Of a stretch of DNA of 64,000 bases, positions 25,463-37,640 are shown piece after piece. The notes beneath the pieces are model-generated. The model saw nothing but the letters and a program-made list of their open reading frames with translations, ran no database searches and was not told the DNA's origin. The position numbers were made by a program, and so were the translations under genes. Source of the DNA: Podarcis gaigeae. Lineage: Eukaryota. Location: the NCBI GenBank assembly GCA_964106915.2, contig OZ066918.1, one strand, 5' to 3'. Numbering within the stretch: position 1 is the first letter of the stretch; every line of letters starts with the position of its first letter.

Positions 25463-26364
25463 TACAAGTATTAAGCACAGTTATGATGAAGTTTGTTGCA
25501 ACGAAGTATTCCAGGAGAAGGCTCTGAACTAACAGAAATTAAACAATTGAGACGTTCTGATTTATCACCCAAACCTTCATTGCTTTAAAACATTTTAGAA
25601 ATAAGAGGTTAAAATGTAAGATGTGAAAAATTACACTTGATTCTATTACTGTGGCTGGAGGATCACACAACTTTAGCAATCTCATTATACTGCCATGTAG
25701 ACACAGAATCCCCTTTCTTTTTTCTTTGCTAATGAGCAGGAATGATAGGCCAGTAAAATCTCTTCCACCCTTGCCCTCCCTTCTGCTGGTTCTCTCTCTG
25801 ACCTCTTCCTCTCCTCCTTTTCATTTTTTTTAATTATAGGGCTGACTCCTGTGCATACCCAAGCTGTGCTGAGCACTTTCTTCAGTTGATCCCATTTTAC
25901 ACACTTCTAATGTTGCAGTAAAATTTAACTACTGACACTTCACCACTGATGAGGATGAGATAATATGATGCCATTGCTCACTAGACAGAAAAGCTGTTCA
26001 TCCAAAGACAGGTCAAGAGGAGGGGAAATATCAAAGGCTCAAAAGACAGAATGAAGCATCCAGCTGCCCATCAAATTTAAGGGAACCGGGTATCTAAATT
26101 CCCGTTCGTCAGTTTGTAACACTTCATTTAAAATGTTTGGCATATAAGTTTCAGTGCCAAATAGCCAAAGGAAAAGTAAGACTGCAAAAATCTCATAGTT
26201 GTAGAATTACTTTTGACTTACAAAAGAAATTTGGCCTGGATGCATTATCCTTACAGATTATTTGCCGGACAGGCACAGCTGAAATCATACTCAATAGATG
26301 GGATTTTGGTAAGAGGATGGAGTAGAAAGATGTGGTTCTGGTCACCGGACTAGTGGGTCACCAG

Positions 26365-26801
26365 CAGGGGCATCTTTAGCAGATGCGGTGCTGGGGTGCA
26401 AATATCTGCCCAGCGCCCCCAAATTACCATGGATAGTGGGGGGGGGGGCGGGAGCTGCGCACTGCCAGCCATCAGGGAGGGTGCAACTCTTCCCCGTGCC
26501 GCTGTGGGAAAGCAATACCCGCAGAGGCTTGGGAGAGAAGCTGCACCCCACCAACCATATGGCTGGCAGGTCCACAGCTTCCCTCCCAAGCCTCCTTGGG
26601 AGGAGAGTGATCCCCACAGAGGCTTGGGAAGGAAGATGCACACCCGCCAGCCATATGGTTGGCGGGGTGTAGCTGGCAGGCATGCAGGGAAAGGGGAGGC
26701 CGCCAGCAAAGTCGTGCAGCTCCCCCACTCTCTGGGGCACCCCTGAGAGGCCAGTGCCCTGGTGCAACGCACCACTAATCCCTATGGGAAAGATGGCTCA
26801 G
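26365..26801. mobile_element. GC-rich hAT-type non-autonomous element with internal hairpins
   Basis: Perfect 8-bp TSD gtcaccag (26357-26364, 26802-26809); imperfect TIR caggggcatcttt / aaagatggctcag. Confidence 0.85.
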
Positions 26802-27099
26802 GTCACCAGGTACAGTCTACTTTGGAAAGGGCATCCATCACTCCTGGAGTATCAGCAGGTCCACAGCAGGCCCTGGAACAGCTCTGCTCCTGGCCGGTCA
26901 GGAGTGCAGTTTGCCCAGCTGTGCCTGTTCCTGGGAAAAGGGGAGTCTGCCACAGCTGCACATGCCAAAAATTGTTCAGGAACTTCAGCTGGACCCAAAT
27001 GTGGCAGTCAGAGTTTGAGCTAGAGCACTGCCTCCCTTTCTGCACATTACCTCCGTTGCTATTTCATCCGTAGTAGCTTCCAGTTTGCTCCTGAGCCCA

Positions 27100-27560
27100 G
27101 TTCCTGTCTTTGAAATGCCCTCCCCAGGAAGGTTCAACTAGTGCCAACCTTGATGTCACCCTGGCTCCAGGCAAATGTATTTTTATTTGCCCAGGCTTTT
27201 CACCACCTGGTGTAATTCAGGTTTGCTTACCCATTCTGCTGAATGATAGTTTGTTTTTAGCTGCTAGGTATTGGTTTGTTTTTTTTTAAATCTGTTGTTC
27301 TTTTTATAATTTTACCATATATTGTTCTGGGACTTTTTAATGAAGGTAACATTAAAAAATACTCTAAACAAATGAACAAACACATGCAAAGTGCTGGTTA
27401 TTATCTTGACCAGACTGCTTGAAGGGACTGCTTCTCTCAAATGACCCTACCCATCCACTCAAGTCTTGAGTAAGCTGTGCTCTGTGCACAACCACCATCA
27501 GAGGCATGATTGACATGGCCTCTGTTGTGAGGTTGCTCTCTCTTCCGTGATATTTAGATA
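27100..27560 (+). mobile_element. Degraded L2-clade LINE 3' fragments
   Basis: tttgaaatgccctcccc (LWNALP-like)...ttatttgcccaggcttt, followed by a T-rich tail and a second ORF2-like fragment. Confidence 0.4.
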
Positions 27561-28647
27561 CAAGGCTAAAATAGTATTATTTGTCTGTTTATAGTTTTGT
27601 CTGACTCTTAAATTGACTGTGCATTATCTGCTGTGTCCTTTGGTTAACTTTCTGCAGTTTCTAGTTCACTGTGTGAACTGTTTTATAGTGATGTTACTTC
27701 TAGCCACCCTGAACATATCATTACAGGCTGGACACGAAGGACATAAATATTATAGTAAATTAAAGTGATAAAATAAATATATTGGCATAAAAACAGGCAG
27801 TGCCTCTGTAGGCCCTGTCTCCATTTTAAAGACTGAAGGAGCACTTGTCGGCAGCATTGCATGAGTTTAGCGTTTGACATTTGGGATACTTGGGATGCCT
27901 CTGCAGGGTTGGACAAAGCCTGGAAAAGGAGCTGGCATTTCTGCTATTTATTTCTCTCTATGTGTGTGTCCATAGTTGAGGTGAGGGTCAATAAGAAATG
28001 ACATATCCTTCATAGTTTAAATGACAGAAGTTGTAGCCATAGTAGGAAAAAGCCCCATGGGGAAAAGATGGATTAAGAAGGCAAGCTTAACACTCCTCCA
28101 CACTAGAAAAAGTTCTCAATTTTTATTTGTTTTATCCATTATTAAGGGACTTCTAAACAAATAAAACATGGCTTCAGTCTAACCTGTCAAAATATATGCT
28201 TCAGTTATTAGGCTCTTGCTCAACGGAGCACTCAGAAACACTGGCAGATCGAAGAGCTGAATCAAGGAAAACCCACTGCTCTCTTCCACATCATTTACTA
28301 TGAGCATGGTACATGAGGATTTGCTTACTGTAACAAGTGCCTAACCTGGACTTGCAATAATTTTTCTTGCACACTCATCTACGGCAGATCATATAAACTG
28401 TAGTGCTGATAGCATCAGTAAGTCAGGATATTTGCTTGAAAAAAATCAACACAATTGAAAGTTACAAGTGTTGTGTCTTTTCATACTACAGGTTTCTAGA
28501 AGGAAGCTACACAAACAATGGGTGACTTCCAATTGTGCCCATCTGAGAGCAAAACAAACTTAGACAATCGGACTCAGCTCTGCCCCTGTAGCCCCCAGCA
28601 TGCCCATCATATCTGCTTGGGAGTGTTGGGGGGCCCTCTGGAGCAGT

Positions 28648-28712
28648 CTGGTTGGACACGATGGCCCTTGTGGTCTCTTCCAACTTTATGATTCTATGAT
28701 TCTATTCTATGA
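28648..28712 (+). mobile_element. CR1 3' terminal fragment
   Basis: gttggacacgatggcccttgtggtctcttccaact followed by an (attctatg)n tail. Confidence 0.75.
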
Positions 28713-30207
28713 GATGGGGGCAGGGGTCTGTAGGGGGGAGAAGAGAAAGGGAAAATATGCTTGCACAATGTTGGCTACCACCCAATATGTGAGGTTATAT
28801 TTCAATGGTTGGTCATCTGGATCTAACATTGTTATGTGGGAATCTTCTTTTACATGGGCATCCTTTTTAGATGGGCACTGCATTGCATTTTGGGCCTGGA
28901 TTGTGGAATTCAGGTTTGACACAGGTGCTGTTAGCATACCAGGCTGATTAAGGGAATTATATACATGCTCTCAGGCAGGGCTCTTAGTACATTTTGCAGC
29001 AGGACTAACCTAGGTGAACAGAAAAAGGGAGTAGTCACTAAGTAGTAGCAGTCCTTTGCTGTGGCAATAGTGGAGGGGGAACAAGCAGGCAGAAAAAGGT
29101 AGTCTGTGTTCCCAGGAAGTGCCTATAAACTAAAGAAATACATCTTCCAAAGGGTAATAAAGCTTTTATATTTGCAGCTACGGAACTCAAGTGTTTAACA
29201 GAGTGGGACAGATGCTGTCAGCTGTAGCTAAATTCTACACAGCTGAACAGAGACTGCAGACCATCAGGGTGCTGGCTAAGCTCTTGGCTCTTTGGTTCAC
29301 TGCTTGGCTTCATCCCCAAATGGATTAAAACTAGGGATGTGCTGCTGGTCATTACCAGTTAAGGATTTTTACAAGGGCTAAAATAGGCATGGGCAACATT
29401 TTCAGCATTTAGGGTCTATATGAGAAATGTACCCAGGTGCTAGGAGACACCTGGCCATTCATGTATTTGATTGTCATATAGCTTTCATCTGATTTTTTTT
29501 TTAAAACGGCAAGTGTCAATTGAGAGTTGGTTTATCTTTAGCACTTTCTTTAAAAAGAGAGAATCTTTGCATGTTTGCCTTTACTTTGAAACTGCAACCC
29601 ACAAATATGCAAAAGCATATGAGTTAGTTTTTAAGAAACTTTTATCTGAGCCCATCCATGTACTCAAAGCTGTCCACCCTAAGGTTGCAAAGTCCATGAT
29701 ATGAAGGCGTTTAAGCAGCATGTTTCCAAATGCATTTTGTTTTCCAAGTCTGCTCAGGGAGTCCATGGAATAATTTAAGATTAGACGCTCAGCCATCCTT
29801 GGCTCTTAGTTCTACATTCAGAATACTGAAGGGTTTCTGGAAGGCAATTAAGTGCCTCCCCTCGTCCAGCTTGCAGCTTTAGTCATGGTGATTAGTAACT
29901 CACATGCTGGAATTGCAATCTGCACTGTGAGCACAGCATGTTGCAAACTAAACTAAACCAAAATACGGAGTGACATATAATGAGATTAGAGAGATGAAAA
30001 ACTCCAAGTATGTTTGTGATAATTAAAATTATAATCATAGCAACATGCCATAATATTTAAATAGTTCCTGCATGATATGGAAAACCATGGTAAAAGCAAT
30101 TACATGGAAACACAGAGTATGGGTAGTTGATGGAAGCAAATGAAAAATCTGAATTTTTCCTAACGCTCTTCCCAAGTACCAGCCCTGCCATAGTCAATAT
30201 GCATAGT

Positions 30208-30762
30208 TAACATAAGAAGAGCCTGTTGAATCAGGCCAATGGCCCATCTAGTCCAGCATCCTGATCTCACAGTGGTCACCCAGATGCCTGTGAGAAGCAT
30301 GCAAGAAAGACCCAAGTGCATCAGCACTCTCCTCTCCCGGGGTTTCCCGCAACTTGCATTCAGAGGCATACTGCCCCAACAGTGGAGGCAGAACATAGAC
30401 CTCATGGATAGTGGTCACTCATAGCCTTATTTTTCATGAACCTATCTAAACTTATTTTCAGGCTGTCCAAGTTGGCAGCCATCACTGCCTCTTGTGGGAG
30501 TGAATTCCATAGTTTAACTATATGTTTTGTGAGCAGGTACTTTCTTCTGTCTGCCCTGAGTCTCTCGGCATTCAGCTTCTTTGAATGTCCCTGAGTTAGA
30601 ATGTTGTGATGAGAAAGGGAGAGAAACCTTTCTCTATCTGCCTTGTTAATTCCATGCATCATTTTATACACCTCCATTGTATACCTCTCTCACTTGCCTT
30701 TTCTCTAAATGGAAAAAGCTCCAATGTATCCTTTCTTCATAAGGGAGTTGTTTCATCCCCTT
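30208..30762 (-). mobile_element. 5'-truncated CR1 LINE (ORF2 C-terminus plus 3'UTR)
   Basis: ORF 30402-30677 (EVYKMMHG...TQGHSKKL...RRKY...VKLWNSLPQEAVMA...LDRFM) is a typical CR1 ORF2 C-terminus; the 3' end reads gctcttcttatgtt on -. Confidence 0.88.
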
Positions 30763-31734
30763 GAGGGCATTTAAAAAATACACATATTTTTTATACACAT
30801 ATTTTTTAAATTGCAGAAAATTGGGGCAGGGGGACAGAAACTGGGAGAAACTGACATTATCAAATTTGCCTATTCTGGCCTGAAATATAAACTAAAATGC
30901 CCTTCACTATATTAAGTTTTGTGTCATATGGAATAGGTTTGATTCTCATAACAAGAAATAAAAAGATCAACAACTCTATAGCTCCAGGAATGACAGGAGA
31001 ATATTTTTTAAAAAAAACTTTGGATGAAAAGGGATTTGGCCCAAGACAACAAACAGCTCTTTTAAAAGAGTAATTTAGAGATGACATTGACCAGACCAAT
31101 GCAACAAAAATGGATTAATGTATATGTTCCATACATGTACTCTTAAGGCATTCTAATTCTAAAAAAATCTCCAGATGACTTCCCCCACATCCCCCACTAG
31201 TGCATTTTACAAAGAACTGTTCATTCCCATGTCAAACAACTTTCAAGCTGCCCACTGCCCTGATTCCTTACAAATTACAGAGTTGAATCATCCAGCCCCA
31301 TTTTATGTAATCAACTCTAAAAACTCTGCAGAGGGCACAATCATGGGCATCTTCTAAGGAGGCCTATGTCAAACCTAGTGAAGTTGGATGAAGCTCTGAG
31401 TAAAGAAAAATGCTGTATCTCTCGGGCCCTGCTCTGCTGTAAAACCTAACAAAATATTGTTTCAGCTTCCAAAAATATAGACTTTGAAACCCACACACCA
31501 CGCAAATGTTTAAACCCCCGTGGTTTGCTGCAGTAGCAGCAGTAGCCATGCACATGGCTTTCTACAATATCTAAGCTCATAGAAACCCTCTCAGTTTTAA
31601 AACAGTGGTGCATGGGATTTCCCTCCCATCATTTTTTAAAAATTGAAAAGCAGCTGCAGGAAGCTTTAATCTAGAGCAGAAGGAAGGGACCTTTTCTCCT
31701 TGGGTCATTCCCCCCAAGCAGTTTTAGCCTCAAG

Positions 31735-31736
<2 letters not shown>

Positions 31737-31768
<32 letters not shown>
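31737..31768 (+). repeat. (GT)n microsatellite
   Basis: Direct reading. Confidence 0.95.
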
Positions 31769-31773
<5 letters not shown>

Positions 31774-34436
31774 AAGTCCTGCATATCCCCGCCCCCAGGA
31801 TATTTGAGGAAACAATATTGAGCAGAGAAATGGTCGGCATGCATACATGAATGCCTCTAAAAACATTCCCAGAATGCCCAAACTTCACACCTCTAGACTA
31901 TACTTGGAGTTTCCTAAACTAATTATGAACTGACAACCTTTACTGCCCGAGTATTAATTCAGTATTAATTCAGTGTTGATCTGGACACAGATTCTCTTTG
32001 CCACCCAGAGGAAAAGGTTGTTCTATCTATCAACAGAATGGAAAGATTGATGCATTCCAGATCTCGGCCTTTGCTGGAAAATTATCCAGGTGAAGTGCCA
32101 AGGTTGTAGCAAATTAGGGACTTATGTATGCAAACCAAAACACATTTTCCTTTAAGATCAGGTGGGAGACAGTTCACTCTCACTGTTGGTAACTCTCACT
32201 GAGTTGGTAACTCTCACTGAGTTACCAATTGCACTTAATTTTATTTCACACCTCTGATGCACTCCACCACCAATTTCAGTCTTAGCCAATAAATATAGTT
32301 ATAATATTCTACTGCAGGCTAGCCAATGTAATGCCTTACAAAATGCTTTGGATTCTAACTCACATCAGCCCAGCCAGCATGGCCAACGGCAATGGGTGAA
32401 GAGAGCTGTACACCACAAGATCTAGAGGGCACCATGTTTGCTACCCCTGCCCTATACTCTCTCCTCTGAATCTGGACATAAGTTACTGGGTGAGTCTTAA
32501 GAAATGCAGCACTCACTTCTGTAAACTGTGCAAACTGGCTCACCGAGTGGGGGTCAAACTACAGGTGACATTATTCCCCTGGACAACCTGGCCATTTTTA
32601 TTTCCAGATGCTGATGTTAACCTTCAAAGCAGGCGCCAGGACACCTAGGTCCAGGGGTCAAATAGGGCCACTGGAACATCTCTAGGGCCTCCCCCCTCAT
32701 CATCTCTGCTCTGCATCCTCCTCAAGTGCCTTTGCCTTGCTGGAATGTATTCTTAAAACATTTCTTATGCATTTGTATGGATGAAAGCTCCAGTTCCAGC
32801 TTGAAGTGGTATAGTCTAGACACAGGTCTGTTATCTCAGTGGAAAGACCAACTTACCACATTGGAAATGGGGACAGAGAAGTCCAATGCCTTATTTTCAC
32901 AACAGAGAATTTACAAAAGTAAACAAGCCATAAAAGAGAACAGCTCTCACACCTAACTTTACAAATTCAGCAAGGAGATTAAAATTTGGAAGAAGCATAC
33001 TTTACAAAAGACCATGGAAGACCATTTGACTTGCCGCGAAGTGTAGCAAGTTCTTTTGACCGGCCCCACATGGGGTGAATGAAATTTTTCATCCAGTCAG
33101 GAGAAAGATGCAACATCAATTCCCATTCCACACATTTTCCCATCCATGTATGTTCAATAAGCGTAAAGAAGGCTGCCCGTTGTGGTAATTGCCTGGGTGA
33201 TATGGGTACTTAATATGCCAGTGCTGCATTATCAGTCAGGGCTTGCCGACAACTGGCATGGGAATTAACTTAAGTCATTCAAGCAACCCAAATCATTCTG
33301 AGTAAATTTAATGGAGATGTCCCAATCTGGCATCTCAAGCAGTCCATTTATCACTCCTAGTGTCACTTATCCCTTATTATTCCTGTGCTGATCTTTACAG
33401 GTGTGTAGTGAAAATGCATAAAGAGCAGCACAGGAACAAGGATGGAGAAATGACATATGATACCAATGATAATAAGGAAAAACAAAGCATTACAAGGAGC
33501 AATGTTGCAGATTATTCCAAGGGAAAGGCTGACAAAAAGATGAGTCTATAAGCAAGGACAACCCCACTGTCTGTGCAGTGCCATCCCTACTTTCCCTCCA
33601 GCAAGACTAAATGCAAGGAATGGAATGAGAGCATGCAGGATAGCCATCTATTCAGATGACTATGTGAGTTCCTAGTTGAGATTTTTGACATAACCTGTCA
33701 GTGTTAAAGTACTCTTATACTCTTCCCTCAAATTCCGAGTTCAGGGGATTTATGGGTTAGCAGTGTAGGTGTAGGTGATAAAAAGTGGATGTCATGAGAG
33801 CCAAGAAAGCTTGCAAAACAATAGACCTGACTGATGAAATCTGGGTGGGTGTGAAGGCAAGAAATGTTTTCCTGAGAAAGAGAGAAACTAGGTATGCAAG
33901 GCCACTGAATACAATGCCCCGTTGGTGCCAAAAGGTCCAATACCAGCTTTGTACCGGTGGAGGAAATTCCAGGTGGAAAAACCACACAGCAGTCTTTGGC
34001 ATGGCAAAACCTGTGCCTTTGTCACAGCTGTCACAGAAGTCAGTAAGTTCAGGCAGTTAATGGATTATGTCTGCCAGCAAACAGAAACTGTGAGTCACTG
34101 GGCAACATCTATCAACTAACCCTTTGGAAGCTCAGCATCATAAATGTGCGTAGGAATTAAACAGAAGGTAAGAGAAGATTTTACAAGTCTTTACAATGTT
34201 AACGGAGATAGAAGCTGCCTTGAAACATTCTGCATGAGCCAGAATTCAGAGGTGGAACCTTTTCTGGAACAAGGAAAGTCTGGACTATGGCCCTTGAGGA
34301 ATGCACTTTGTTACAATGCACAATTTTGTATTTGGTTAACTGCACCAAATCCATCCACAATAGGGTTTCCGGTTCTGGTCTGCTTCCAAAGCTAGTCCTT
34401 CTCCAAGTAGACTCACTGAAGTTAATGGACATGACT

Positions 34437-34621
34437 TTTTGTTTAGTTGTTTAGTTGTGTCCGACTCTTCGTGACCCCATGGACCAGAGCATGCCAGGCA
34501 CTTCTGTCTTCCACTGCCTCCTGCAGTTTGGTCAAACGCATGCTGGTAGCTTCGAGAACACTGTCCAACCATCTCGTCCTCTGTCGCCCCTTCTACTTGT
34601 GCCCTCCATCTTTCCCAACAT
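34437..34621 (-). mobile_element. RTE-BovB LINE 3' fragment
   Basis: The minus strand gives gaaggggcgacagaggacgagatggttggacagtg...gtccatggggtcacgaagagtcggacacaactaaacaac, the characteristic BovB 3' end (GRQRTRWLDS motif). Confidence 0.88.
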
Positions 34622-35261
34622 GACTTACCTAGGCCTGTTAATTTTAATAGGTTTACTCCGAGTAGAATTTAGTTGTCTACAATCCAAAGGCTGCATTACC
34701 TTTCCTACATAGCGCGGCGTTTTTACAGAAAATAGGACAGAGCAAGGCAACTGTGACTCACTTAATATGTATGCAGTGCTATTTTAGCTATTACCAAGTG
34801 GACTGTTTGCCCTATCGCCTCTAAAGTTGATCCACTAAATTGGGCTAACAGATGGGAGATGTCCAGAGTGATATAAACTGGCTACAGTACAAAGAATAAG
34901 CAACACATCCAATTACTCCTCTAATATCTTGATACGGTCCTCTGGTTATCTCTAGACTGATCAAGGAATAGGAGGAACAAGCAGAGAATTAGGCTGAATA
35001 ATTTCTGATACCTTGTTTTGTTAAATGCAATTTTAAATTTTATTTATTTTGCTTCCTTTCTTCTCCAAACTCTTTAATTACTTAAACTGGACAGTGAGCT
35101 CACCAGGAAACAGGAATGTGCATGGGGTCTGCGTTTATTGGAGGGTGTGTGTGTGCAGGTTTGACCTATCTTTAATGAAATACAGTAGATTATAAATAAA
35201 ACAATACTGAAGTGGAGAGAGTGCATTAATTTGCTTTGTAAAACACAATTGGTTTTGACAT

Positions 35262-35520
35262 CACAAGGAAGACAGGGCAAGCTTGTTTTCTGCAGCTCCA
35301 GATGGCAGGACCTGAACCAATGGATTCAAATGACAAGAATTCCAACTAAACTTTATGAAGACCTTTCTGAAAAGCTGTTTGACAGTGGAACAGACTACAT
35401 TGGAAGATAGTGGACTCTCCTTCATTGGAGGTTTCTCAACAGGTTGAATGGCCATTTGTCAGGGATTCTGTAAATGTGATTGCCTTCCAATTCTACAACT
35501 CTTATTATCTGATTCTATGG
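35262..35520 (+). mobile_element. CR1 LINE 3' fragment
   Basis: gcttgttttctgcagctcca...caatggattcaaa...cagtggaacagact...gtggactctccttcattggaggttt...attctatg; similar to 59255-59438. Confidence 0.8.
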
Positions 35521-36784
35521 ATTTCTTATGAGTTTGGGAACCAGGGTGGCAAGGAGGCTGTTCTTGAACTGACCTGTTCTTGAATTATACCATTTAAAGC
35601 AGACCATATTGCGGTTAATTCCTGACATTTCTCTTAATCATATGAAAAGCAGGAGCAGGGCATTTGCTGCAGAAAGGGTAAGTGGTATAAGGAGGGGGAA
35701 AGCATATATTCCTAAGACTGTTTTAAAAAAGCAGTAAATTGAGAGGTAGCATTATGACCTCACTACCTGGCCCTCTGAATGCTTTGCACTGCGCTCAGCT
35801 TCACTCCTTAGAACAAAACCCATTATGTTAAAACACACAAACAAATAAATAAACTCAGTTGTTATTATATCTGAGATTTTACTTGTTGATAGGGGTACTT
35901 GTTTAAACTTGGGGTACCCTCTAGTCCTATAATTCTCCAGTCCTATAATTCTGTACAGAGCTGCAGAACTTATTTCTTTCCCAATTTTATTTCATTAAAA
36001 ACACACACAAAGAACTGAACAAATTTGGTATATGTGTGTATAATCTCCAAACAATTTAAATAGCTTAAAACAATAATTCAAGATATAACAAGAGGACTTC
36101 CGGGGAGGAATGATGGCAGAGTAGTTATCGACTGTCGGCAAAGATAATTATGTGGTGACTGAAGATAAAGATATATATAATGCTTACTAAAACTTTCTTT
36201 TGAGTTAAGGGAGGTCAGGGATCAACCTCACCTGCTCGGAAGAAGGCATTCATCACAACAGAGACAAGGAAGTTTTTGGTTGCGGAGGAATATCTTGAGC
36301 AAGTTACCTTCATTGGGCCCATGCACCTCCTTCTTTTAATTATTTTTGAGACTAGAAGCAAATACAAATTGGATTTTTTATCTGCCAGTTAATTAGCACT
36401 CAGAAAACTAATGGACTGCTGGAGGACGAAAAAGCACCAATTAATAGACTAAAAATAAACCAAAAGGCTTATCTCAATTACTGGTAACTACAAAATATTG
36501 CATTATCCTAGAGGCTCAAGGCATGTTAAAGCTCCCTCTCCCTCTGCCTCTCTCTCTGTACACTCTGAAGCACCTGCTATGTGATGCCTTTATCCCATTA
36601 GGGCCTAAAGGTGAAGTCAGCAGATCCACTCCTTGTTGTTGAGTTTAAAACCACTCATTTGGGAAAGGGACAGTTCTGAATCGCTCAGTTCTGTAAACTA
36701 GACTAGCTTTACTGCAATTCTTTGAAGACTCAAATTGGTTACTGCGATGTGAAGCACAAAGGAGAACTGTTAAGAACCCACTAG

Positions 36785-37097
36785 TAAGGAAGATGGACCA
36801 TTGGCCCATTTAGGATTCAGGATTGCCTACAGCAGGGATGAGGAACCTGCAGCCCTTCTGATGTTGCTGGATTACACCTCCCATCATCCCTGGTCATGGA
36901 CTATGCTGGTTAGAGCCAATGAGAGTTGGAGTCCAACAACTTCGGAAGGGCCATAGATACTCTACCTCATTCTACACTGACTGGCAGTGGCTCTCCAGGA
37001 TTTCAGAAAGCTGTTTCTCCCAGTCCGACCTTGAGATACAAGAGATTGAATCTGGGACTTTCTGCATGCAAAGATGATGCTCTGACTTACAGCCCAT
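36785..37097 (-). mobile_element. Squam3-like tRNA-derived SINE interrupted by a hAT MITE (36833-36970)
   Basis: The minus strand reads gggctgtaagtcagagcatc...tttgcatgcagaaagtcccagattcaatc...ctggagagccactgccagtcagtgtaga. It resumes after the MITE with tgtaggcaatcctga...aatgggccaatggtc. Confidence 0.7.
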
Positions 37098-37359
37098 CTT
37101 AAAGTCAGCTTGGTCTCCGATGTAAGGCCAGGCCAGAAATTTGTTGTTATTAATTTGCATTAATTTCACATTTTTGTGCTAGTATTTTGTTGCTCTCCAT
37201 TTCGGAGCTATTCTGGGCTCACCTCTTAAAGAGGTAATACACAATAAGACCCTTCTGAAAAATCTGTCTTATTTTCTTGAACAACTTGCTATCAACTGCA
37301 AATATTCATTCGCCACTACTTTCTCTCTCATTTCTAGGTCATTAGTGCATTTTAAAGAT

Positions 37360-37640
37360 GGAACAGAGCCTTGGAGAATCCCACTATTTAGTTATTTCCA
37401 CTGTACAGACTGCCCATTTATGCTTACCATCTGTTGCCTAATCTCTTAACCAGCTGCTAATCCACTAAAGGGCATTTCCTTTGATTCCAGGGCAATTTCT
37501 CATTTTTAGAGAGTCTTTGATGAGGGCCCTTGTCAAAGACTGTATCAACTCTATCTCCATTATCCACATGTTTGTGACATCCTTCGGTGAGATTTGCAAG
37601 GCATGGCTTCCCTTTCCAAAATCTTTGCTGACTCTGCCTT
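37360..37640 (-). mobile_element. Old CR1 reverse transcriptase fragment
   Basis: Minus-strand remnants of QHGF..GK.C, ..AFDK(VP)H..L and W...WL..R.Q...ING...W....SG.PQG motifs, with many disablements. Confidence 0.6.

Noticed and set aside
26342-27073. Cluster of overlapping 94-141-aa ORFs and apparent CpG island
   Set aside because: Explained by the stop-poor GC-rich hAT element bounded by an 8-bp TSD; not a gene or promoter
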